Assembly (NCBI GenBank): GCA_030390025.1
Contig: JASTWF010000034.1
Location: forward strand, 2,294,001-2,358,000
Direction: 5' to 3'
Source of the DNA: Squalus acanthias
Taxonomy: Eukaryota
Length of the DNA: 64,000 bases
The notes under the pieces are model-generated. The model did not search any database. It worked only from the letters and a program-made list of their open reading frames with translations, and was not told the origin of the DNA. Every line of letters begins with the position of its first letter. The stretch's first letter is position 1. Shown here piece after piece: positions 38,028-48,264 of the stretch. A program made the position numbers and the translations under genes.

Positions 38028-38690
38028 ATTACAGAGATGAATGCGTAGCTCAAAGACTGGTATGGGAGAAATTGGTTTCGCTTCCTGGGGCACTAGCACC
38101 AGTACTGGGGAAAGTGGGATCTGTACCGTTGGGTTGGTCTTCACCTGAACCGTGCTGGGACCAGTGTTCTGGCGAGTCATATAACTAGGGCGGTAGAGAG
38201 GGCTTTCAACTAAATATTGGGGGCCAGGGATCAGATCTAGGAAGATGTGGTAATTCAAAGAGTAGAAACAAGACAACAGAGAAAGGTATTAATATGGGAA
38301 ATGATAAACAGACCGTGACGTGAAGGGATAGAGAGTACAAATCTAAGAGTAAATCAACAGATAAGGCTAAAGGTTACAAAAATAATAAAAGGACAAAACT
38401 GAAGGCTCTGTATCTGAATGCACGAAGCATTCGAAACAAAACAGATGAACTGATGGCACAAATAGAATTAAATAAGTACAATCTGATAGCCATTACAGAG
38501 ACATGGCTGCAGGATGACAAACATTGGGACCTGAATATTGAACGGTACATGATATTTAGGAAAAAGTGGAGGGGTGGCTCTGTAAATTAATAATGGTATT
38601 AGCGCAATAGAGGGATGACTTAAGTTCAGGAAACCAGGATGTAGAAGCGGTTTGGGTAGAGATGAGAAATGATGAAGGCAAGCGTCACTT
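38027..38690 (+). mobile_element. CR1 fragment (mirror of 1-660)
   Basis: LYLNARSIRNKTDELMAQIELNKYNLIAITETWLQ. Confidence 0.85.
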
Positions 38691-38699
38691 TAAGGAACA

Positions 38700-39290
38700 A
38701 TTTAATATTAATGTAAGTAATTCAAATACACATTAATTGCAAATATAATGAAATTAGCTACACTCCCAGTCACAAAAACAGCCCCACTGTATTCCAGGTA
38801 CAGGATCTGGGATTAATATGAATCATTTTTGTATTGACAGTCTCTGGGAGTGAGCAATATATCAGGAAGGTGGAGAGAGAGAAGTCGAATACTCGCCTCA
38901 CTGACTGGGACTGGAGAAATGTCTCTGGTTTCACAGAGCAGAGCAGATCTAGTGGGATCGAGACTCCCCGTGTCAGAGACGGGATAAAACGGGTAGCTTC
39001 AACAATGATTGGAAAGGTGAGGAACTTTACTGAGAATCCCATCAGTCCAGGATTTTGCTGAGGTGAGAGTCTAACCAGATACTGGGAGCTGTCCAACATC
39101 TGCCGTCAGGCTCGGCCTTTGATGAGGCAAGTTGAGCGGAGCTTAACTCGGAGATAAACCTTGCCCGTACCTCACCCGGGAGTGTTTGACACTTACATGT
39201 AGAGGGATCTTTATTCTGTATTCACCCCATGCTGTACCTGAGCTGGTTGTGCTTCATTGCGTAGTGTCAAGGGAGCTGTATGCTGCATTG
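38700..39290 (+). repeat. Third copy of the exon-2 segment, without exon 1
   Basis: Direct repeat of about 30470-31040; acceptor ends 38840, ATG 39005, donors 39017 and 39063. Confidence 0.85.
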
Positions 39291-39301
39291 AACACATGAT
39301 C

Positions 39302-40836
39302 TGTGGTAGGTAAAATTTTGGAGTCCATTATTAAGGAAACAGTAACAGGACATTTGGATAATCATAATTTAATAGGACAAAGTCAGCATGGTTTTACGAA
39401 GGGGAAGTCATGTTTGACAAATTTGCTGGAGTTCTTTGAGGAAGTAACATATAGAGTGGATAAAGGGGAACCAGTGGACGTAGTGTATTTAGACTTCCAA
39501 AAGGCATTTGACAAGGTGCCACACAAAAGATTATTGCTTAAGGTAAAAAATCACGGGATTGGGGGTAATATTCTGGCATGGATAGAGGATTGGCTATCTA
39601 ACAGAAAGCAAAGAGTTGGGATAAATGGTTCATTCTCAGACTGGCAATCAGTAACTAGTGGTGTTCCACAGGGGTCAGTGCTGGGTCCCCAACTCTTCAC
39701 AATCTATATTAACGATTTGGAGGAAGGGACCAAGTGTAACATATCAAAATTTGCAGATGATACAAAGATGGGAGGGACAGTAGTGAGTGAGGAGGACATA
39801 AAAAACCTGCAAGGTGTCAAGGACAGGCTAAGTAAGTGGGCAGAGATTTGGCAGATGGAATACAACACTGGAAAGTGTGAGGTGATGCACTTTGGCAGGA
39901 AAAATCCTAGAGCAATTTATTATCTTAATGGCAAGAAACTGGAGAGTACTGAAGTGCAAAGGGATCTGGGGGTCCTGGTGCACGAAACTCAAAAGGTTAG
40001 TATGCAGGTGCAGCAAGTGATTAAGAAGGCAAATGGAATGTTGGCTTTCATTGCTAGGGGGATAGAATATAAAAATAGGGAGGTATTGCTTCAGTTGTAC
40101 AAGGTATTGGTGAGACCGCACCTGGAATACTGCATACAGTTTTGGTGTCCTTACTTAAGGAAAGATATCCTTGCTCTCGAGGCAGTGCAAAAAAGGTTCA
40201 CTCGGTTAATCCCGGGGATGAGGGGGTGGTCATATGAGGAGAGGTTGGGTAGATTGGGACTCTACTCATTGGAGTTCAGAAGAATGAGAGGCGATCTTAT
40301 TGAAACATATAAGATTGTGAAGGGGTTGGATCGGGTGGATGCGGGGAGGATGTTCCCGATGACGGGTGAGACTAGAACTAGGGGACATAGTCTTAGAATA
40401 AGGGGCTGCTCTTTCAAAACTGAGATGAGGAGGAACGACTTCACTCAGAGGGTGGTAGGTCCATGGAATATGCTGCCACAAAAAGCTGTAGAAGCTACAA
40501 CATTAATTAAATTTAAAACAGAAATAGACAGTTTCCTAGAAGTAAAGGGCATTAAGGGTTACGGGGAGCGGGCAGGAATTTGGACATGAGTCTAGGTTCG
40601 GATCGGTCATGGCCCTGTGGGTAGTGGAGCGGGCCCAGGGACCGTGTAGCCTGATTCTGCTCCTATTTCGTGTGTGCAATTCTGTTAGATGCAGGAGATG
40701 GTTCTGTGATAGATAGTAGATTGGCGGTTAGGATCAGATCAGCCATGATCTTATTGAATGGCGGAGCAGGCTCAAGGGGCCGATTGGCCTACTCCTGCTC
40801 CTATTTCTTATGTTCTTATGTTCTTGTTTTCTTATG
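39302..40836 (+). mobile_element. 5'-truncated CR1 with uninterrupted 428-aa RT ORF
   Basis: ORF 39303-40589: QHGFTKGKSCLTNL, DFQKAFD, GVPQGSVLGP, FADDTK; (TTCTTATG)n tail. Confidence 0.95.
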
Positions 40837-40869
40837 ATATATCAGAGTTGGTTGTGTTGATGAACCAAA

Positions 40870-41210
40870 TTGGAGGGAACTTCACTCTGTAGCTAATCCG
40901 TGCTGTACCTGCCCTGGGAATGTTTGGTGGGGCAGTGCAGAGGGAGCTTTACTCTGTATCTAACCCGTGCTGTACCTGCCCTGGGAGTGTTTGATGGGAC
41001 AGTGTAGAGGGAGCTTTACTCTGTATCTAACCCGTGCTGTACCTGCCCTGCGGGTGTTTGGTGGGACAGTGTAGAGGGAGCTTTACTTTGTATCTAACCC
41101 ATGCTGTACCTGCCCTGGGAGTGTTTGGTGGGGCAGTGCAGAGGGAGCTGAACTTTGTATCTAACTCACTGTACCTGCCCTGGAGGTATTTGATGAGAGC
41201 TTTACTCTGT
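40870..41210 (+). repeat. 67-bp satellite, about 5 units
   Basis: Same unit as 661-2885. Confidence 0.9.
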
Positions 41211-41214
41211 AACA

Positions 41215-42765
41215 GGGGATTACATGGGGTATACAGCACAGAACCAGGCCATTCGGCCCAACCAGTCCATGCCAGCGTTTATGCTCCACTCGAGCCTCCT
41301 CCCGTCTTACCTCATCTAATTCTATCAGCATAACCCTCTATTCCCTTCTCCCACATATGCTTACCTCACTGCCCCTTAAATGCATCAACACTATTCGCTT
41401 CAACCACTCCCTGTGGTAGCGAGTTCCACATTCTCACCACTCTCTGGGTAAAGAGGTTTCTTCTGAATTCCCTTATTGATTTCTTGGTGACTACCTTATA
41501 TTGAAGGCCTCTAATTTTGCTGTTCACCTCAAGTGGAAACATTCTGTCTCTATCTACTCCATCAAAACCTTTCCTCATTTTAAAGAGCTTTATCAGGTCA
41601 ACCCTCAGCCTTCAAGAGAAAGGAGACCCAGCCTGTACATCCGTTCCTAATATGTATACCTTGCTTTTCTGGTATTATCCATGTAAATCTTCTCTGCACT
41701 CTATCCAGTGCCTCTATATCCTTTTTACAATATAGCGACCAGAATTGTACGCAGCACTCCGTGTGGTCTAAACAAGCTTCGATACAAGTTTAGCGTAAAA
41801 TCACTACTTTTGAATTCTACCCCTCCAGAAATAAACCCTAGTGATTGGTTTGATTTTTATTGGCTTATTAACCTGTGTCGCTACTTTCAGTGATGTGTGT
41901 ATTTGTACTCCGAGATCCCTTTGCTCCTCGACCCAGTTTAGATTCTTATTTTCAAAGTAATGTGACCTCTCTACTTTTCTTAACAAAATGTAATACCTCA
42001 GATTTATCTGTATAAATTGCATTTGCCAATTATATGCCCATTAAAGAGCGATTAGAAATACATAATAAATAATAATCAGTAATGGAAAAGTATGACTATA
42101 ACTATAACATTTAAGTCTCCCCCCTCCCCCCAGTACTGAACCCTGGGGAACTCCACGGTATACATCCCTCCAGACCCCAGTACTGAACCCTGGGGAACTC
42201 CACTGTATACCTCCCTCCAGAACCCAGCACAGAACCCTGGGGAACTCCACTGTATACCTCCCTCCAGACCCCAGTACTGAACCCTGGGGAACTCCACTGT
42301 GTACCTCCCTCCAGACCCCAGTACTGAACCCTGGGGAACTCCACTGTATACCTCACTCCAGACCCCAGTACTGAACCCTGGGGAACTCCACTGTATACCT
42401 CCCTCCAGACCCCAGTACTGAACCCTGGGGAACTCCACTGTACACCTCCCTCCAGACCCCAGTACTGAACCCTGGGGAACTCCACTATTTACTTCCCTCC
42501 AGCCCGAAGACAGCCATTCAACACAATTCTGTGTTTTCTGTCCCTGATCCAATTTGTATCCATGCTGCCTCTGCCCCTTTTATCCCAAGGGCTTTAATTT
42601 GCTAACAAGCCTAATATGTGTAACTTTATCAAACGCCTTTTGAATTTCCGTATACAGAACATCAACTACGCAGCCCTCATCAACCCTGTTACCCCATCAA
42701 AACTCTCAATCAGTTTAGTCAAACATGATTTGCCTTCAACAAATCTGGGCTGGCTCTCCCTGATA
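41215..42765 (-). mobile_element. Degenerate CR1 fragment containing an internal minisatellite
   Basis: NLFTQRVVRMWNSLP, QRDLGVQIH, SGVPQGSVLG remnants. Confidence 0.8.
42128..42505. repeat. 47-bp minisatellite (8 units) derived from CR1 RT coding sequence
   Basis: Unit CCCCAGTACTGAACCCTGGGGAACTCCACTGTATACCTCCCTCCAGA; minus strand encodes WREVYSGVPQGSVLG. Confidence 0.92.
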
Positions 42766-42896
42766 ACAAATACACAGTGGAATAAAGATCCAGTGAATTG
42801 GTAAATTGGGCTTGATCAGCAAGACACAGGGCAATAAATTTATCATTAATTGTTAACTTGAACATGACAACCAGCACAGAGGGGAATAGAGCGAGA

Positions 42897-43890
42897 GATT
42901 TCTCATCTACTCGTTGCTCCTTGGTGACATCATCCCAAAACACAGCGTCAGTTTCCACATGTACGCTGACGACACCCAGCTCTAACTCACTACCTCTTCT
43001 CTCGACCCCTTCACAGTGTCTCAATTGTCAGACTGCTTGTCCGAGATACAGTTCTGAATGAGCCAAAAGTTTCTCCAGTTTCCCCGACACCAACACAGTT
43101 CCCGAGCCACTGACTCCATCCCTCTCCCTAACATCTGTCTGAGGCTGAACCACACTGTTCGCAACATTGATGTCATATTTGACCCTGAAGTGAGCCTCCG
43201 ACCACATATCCGCAGCATAACAAAGGACGCCTTCTTCCACCTCCGTAACATCGCCCGTCTCCGCCCTTGCCTCCTCTCATCCGCTGCTGAAACCCTCATC
43301 CATGCCTTAGTTACTTCTAGACTTGACTATTCCAACGCACTCCTGGCTGGCCTCCCACATTCCACCCTGTGTAAACTTGAGGCCATCCAAAACTCGGCTG
43401 CCCGTATCCTAACTCGTACCAAGTCCCGTTCACCCACCTCCCCTGTGCTCGCTGACCGACACTGGCTCCCGGTTAAGAAGCACCTCGATTTCAAAATTCT
43501 CATCCTTGTTTTCAAATCCCTCCATGGCCTCGCCCCTGCCTATCTCTAATCTCCTTCAGCCCCACAACCCCCCGAGATATCTGCGCTCCTCTAATTCTGC
43601 CCTCTTCAGCATCCCTGATTATAATCGCTCAACATTTGGTGGCCGTGTCTTCTGTTGCCTGGGCCCTAAGCTCTGGAATTCCCAGCCTAAACCTCTCCGC
43701 CTCGCTACCTCTCTTTCCTCCTTGAAGACGCTCATTAAAACCTACCTCTTTGACCAAGCTTTTAGTCACCTGTCCGAATTTATCCTGATGTGGAACGGAG
43801 CCATTTTTGTGTCTTCAACACCTGAGCAGCGCCTTGCGACGTTTTACTACGTTAAAGGCGCTATATAAATACAAGTTGTTGTTGTTGTTG
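42897..43890 (+). mobile_element. L2 LINE 3' fragment
   Basis: MYADDTQL, AETLIHALVTSRLDYSN; (TTG)n tail. Confidence 0.92.
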
Positions 43891-44130
43891 AGGTGGTTTT
43901 AAAATGGAAGTGGTAAGCAATACACCGTGGAACAAAGGCACTGTTGATTGATAAATTGGACATGAAAACTAATAAAAAGATTGTAGCGCAGGACCTGCTC
44001 CAAATCTTATTTATTATTTTATTCAGAACGTTGCAATTATTTGTAAAAATTGACATGGTAAGCATAGAGGGGAAACAACAGCTACAGTTATTTAAATTTG
44101 ACTTGAAAAATAATACACAAGTGAATAAGT

Positions 44131-46563
44131 TAGTTAATTGTTAAATTGGGTATGATAACCAATACACAGGGCAAAACTGTCAGTTAATTGTTAAATTGGG
44201 TAAGATAACCAATACACAGAGTAAAACTGTCACAGTTAATTGTTAAATTGGGTATGATAACCAATACACAGGGTAAAACTGTCAGTTAATTGTTAAATTG
44301 GGTATGATAACCAATACACAGGGTAAAACTGTCACAGTTAATTGTTAAATTGGGTATGATAACCAATACACAGTGTAAAACTGACAGTTAATTGTTAAAT
44401 TGGGTATGATAACCAATACACAGGGTAAAACTGTCACAGTTAATTGTTAAATTGGGTATGATAACCAATACACAGTGTAAAACTGACAGTTAATTGTTAA
44501 ATTGGGTATGATAACCAATACACAGGGTAAAACTGTCACAGTTAATTGTTAAATTGGGGATGATAACCAATACACAGGGTAAAACTGTCACAGTTAATTG
44601 TTAATTTGGGGATGATAACCAATACACAGGGTAAAACTGTCACAGTTAATTGTTAAATTGGGTATGATAACCAATACACAGTGTAAAACTGACAGTTAAT
44701 TGTTAAATTGGGTATGATAACCAATACACAGGGTAAAACTGTCACAGTTAATTGTTAAATTGGGTATGATAACCAATACACAGGGTAAAACTGACACAGT
44801 TAATTGTTAAATTGGATATGATAACCAATACACAGGGTAAAACTGACAGTTAATTGTTAAATTGGGTATGATAACCAATACAACGGGTAAAACTGTCACA
44901 GTTAATTGTTAAATTGGATATGATAACCAATACACAGGGTAAAACTGTCACAGTTAATTGTTAAATTGGGTACGATAACCAATACAGTGTAAAACTGTCA
45001 CAGTTAATTGTTAAATTGGTTATGATAACCAATACACCGGGTGAAACTGTTACAGTTAATTGTAAAATTGGGTATGATAACCAATACACAGGGTAAAACT
45101 GTCACAGTTAATTGTTAAATTGGGTATGATAACCTATACAGAGAGTAAAACTGTCACAGTTAATTGTTAAATTGGGTATGATAACCAATACACAGTAAAA
45201 CTGACAGTTAATTGTTAAATTGGGTATGATAACCAATACACAGGGTAAAACTGACACAGTTAATTGTTAAATTGGGTATGATAACCAATACACAGGGTAA
45301 AACTGTCACAGTTAATTGTTAAATTGTGTACGATAACCAATACACAGGGTAAAACTGTCACAGTTAATTCTTAAATTGTGTATGATAACCAATACACAGG
45401 GTGAAACTGTTACAGTTAATTGTTAAATTGTGTACGATAACCAATACAGTGTAAAACTGTCAGTTAATTGTTAAATTGGGTATGATAACCAATACACCGG
45501 GTGAAGCTGTTACAGTTAATTGTTAAATTGGGTATGATAACCAATACTCAGGGTAAAACTGTCACAGTTAATTGTTAAATTGGGTATGATAACCAATACA
45601 CAGGGTAAAACTGTCACCGTTAATTGTTAAATTGGGGCTGATAACCAATACACAGGGTAAAACTGTCACAGTTAATTGATAAATTGGGTATGATAGCCAA
45701 TACACAGGGTTAAACTGTCAGTTAATTGTTAAATTGGGTATGATAACCAATACACAGAGTAAAACTGTCACAGTTAATTGTTAAATTGGGTATGATAACC
45801 AATACACAGGGTAAAACTGTCAGGTAATTGTTAAATTGGGTATGATAACCAATACACAGGGTAAAACTGTCACAGTTAATTGTTAAATTGGGTATGATAA
45901 CCAATACACAGGGTAAAACTGACACAGTTAATTGTTAAATTGGGTATGATAACCAATACACAGGGTAAAACTGTCAGTTAATTGTTAAATTAGGTATGAT
46001 AACCAATACACAGGGTAAAACTGTCACAGTTAATTATTAATTTGGGTATGATAACCAATACACAGTGTAAAACTGTCACAGTTAATTGTTAAATTGTGTA
46101 TAATAACCAATACACAGGGTAAAACTGTCACAGTTAATTGTTAAATTGGGTATGATAACCAATACACAGGGTAAAACTGTCACAGTTAATTGTTATATTG
46201 GGTATGATAACCAATACACAGGGTAAAACTGACACAGTTAATTGTTAAATTGGGTATGATAACCAATACACAAGGTAAAACTGTCACAGTTAATTGTTAA
46301 ATTGGGTATGATATCCAATACACAGGGTAAAACTGACACAGTTAATTGTTAAATTGGATTTGATAACCAATACACAGGGTAAATCTGACACAGTTAATTG
46401 TTAAATTGGATATGATAACCAATACACAGGGTAAAACTGTCACAGTTAATTGTTAAATTGGGTATGATAACCAATACACAGGGTAAAACTGACACAGTTA
46501 ATTGTTAAATTGGATATGATAACCAAAACACAGGGTAAAACTGACACAGTTAATTGTTAAATT
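44131..46563. repeat. 50-52-bp AT-rich satellite (about 47 units)
   Basis: Unit GTTAATTGTTAAATTGGGTATGATAACCAATACACAGGGTAAAACTGTCACA; residual units at 47665-47740. Confidence 0.97.
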
Positions 46564-47660
46564 AACCGTTCTATCTCCCGCACTTCTGCCCTCACCCCTG
46601 CCCCTCCCTCCCGGAACCACGATAGGGTTCCCCTTGTCCTCACCTTTCACCCCACCAGCCTCCACATTCAACGGATCGTCCTCCGCCATTTCCGCCACCT
46701 CCAGCGTGATCCCACCACCAAACACATCTTCCCCTCACCTCCCCTTTCAGCATTCCGCAGGGACCGCTCCCTCCGCGACACCCTAGTCCACTCCTCTACC
46801 ACCCCCAGCACCCCTTCCCCTTCGCCCGGCACCTTCCCGTGCACGCGCAGGAGATGCTACACATGCCCTTACACCTCCCCTCTTCCCACTGTCCAGGGCC
46901 CCAAACACCCCTTCCAGGTGAAACAGCGATTTACTTGGACTTCCTGCAATTTAGTATACTGTATTCGCTGCTCACGATGTGGTCTCCTCTACATTGGGGA
47001 GACCAAACGCAGATTGGGTGACCGCTTTGCGGAACACCTCCGTTCAGTCCGTAAGGGGGACCCCGAGCTCCCGGTGGCCTGTCACTTTAATTCACCGCTT
47101 CACTCCCACTCTGACCTCACCGTCCTCGGCCTATTACACTGTTCCACGGAAGCGCAGCGTAAGCTCGAGGAACAGCACCTCATCTTTCGTTTAGGCACGC
47201 TACAGCCCTCTGGACTCAATATCGAGTTCAACAATTTTAGATCATAACCTCAGCTCCAATCACATTTATATTTTATTTGTTCCACCCTTTTATTTGCCAC
47301 CCCCCACCTTTTTTTTTTCCTCCTAGAAGCTGGCAGCTGTCCTTCATTCTGCCAGTGGATTTCACACTTCTTTCAGCCTTAATCTGTCACATTTACACCA
47401 CCTCTAGCCTTGCATATCTCTTAATGTCTCTTAATGTCTCTTCATCTCCCCCTTTGTTCTTTTATCCCCTTCCCCTTTTCCCAGCTTTACTCTGGCCTTA
47501 AATCTATTTGATTTCCGGCTCTTCACAGTTCTGATGAAAGGTCATCGACCTGAAACGTTAACTCTCTTTCTCTCTCCACGGATGCTGCCTGGCCTGCTGA
47601 GTTTTTCCAGCGTATTCTGTTGTTATTTCAGATTTCCAGCATCCGCAGTATTTTGCTATC
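46564..47660 (+). mobile_element. 5'-truncated Penelope-like element with open GIY-YIG endonuclease domain
   Basis: ORF 46918-47247 NLVYCIRCSRCGLLYIGETKRRLGDRFAEH..GLNIEF; pLTR with hammerhead. Confidence 0.93.
47527..47563 (+). ncRNA. Minimal hammerhead ribozyme motif
   Basis: AGTT-CTGATGA-A-AGGTC ATC GACCT-GAA-ACGT-T-AACT. Confidence 0.75.
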
Positions 47661-47751
47661 GATCCAGTTAATTGTTAAATTGGGTATGATAGCCAATTAA
47701 CAAGGGAGTAAAGATCATTGTTAATTCTTAAATTGGAAATAAGCAAAACAC

Positions 47752-48012
47752 AACAACTTATATTTTTACAGCGCCTTTAACGTCGTAAAACGTCCCAAGG
47801 CGCTTCACAGGAGTTTATCAAACAACATTTGACATCGAGCCACATGAGGAGATATTTGGGCAGATAACCAAAAGCTTGGTCAAAGAGGTAATTTTTAAGG
47901 AGCGTCTTGATGGAGGAGAGAGAAGCAGAGAGGTTTACGGACAGAATTCCAGAGCTTAGGGCCCAGGCAGCTGAAGGCATGGCCACCAATGGGGGAGTGA
48001 TTAAAATCAGGG
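47752..48012 (-). mobile_element. L2 3' end
   Basis: Reverse complement of the L2 tail; GGHAFSCLGPKLWN, KTLLKNYLFDQAF. Confidence 0.8.
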
Positions 48013-48264
48013 ATACATTGAGAGGGACATTGAGAGAGACATTGACTGAAACATAGAGCGAGACATTGGGAGGGTCATTGAGCGGACCATAGAGAGAGTC
48101 AGACAGACACAAAGAGAGAAATAGAAACAATGAGAGTGGGTAGGTTGAGAGATAGAAATAGAGAGACAGAAAGTCTGGGAGAGAGCCACAGACAGCCAGA
48201 GAGAGACAGACAGGCTGAGAGAGGCAGAGGGAAGAGAAAGACAGGGATAGATATTGAGAGTTAG

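Larger units (their letters stand above)
18282..38682. repeat. Right arm of large inverted duplication, with two extra CR1 insertions
   Basis: Collinear reverse complement of 1-15400. Confidence 0.97.

Noticed and set aside
1..38682. Palindrome as an assembly or chimeric-read artefact
   Set aside because: Arms differ by substitutions, indels, repeat copy number and whole TE insertions, which an artefactual fold-back would not show
44360..44700. CACAGTG heptamers in satellite variants as V(D)J recombination signals
   Set aside because: No ACAAAAACC nonamer at 12 or 23 bp and no V/J segments
661..46563. Tandem arrays as CRISPR loci
   Set aside because: Head-to-tail units without unique spacers, no cas genes, vertebrate context
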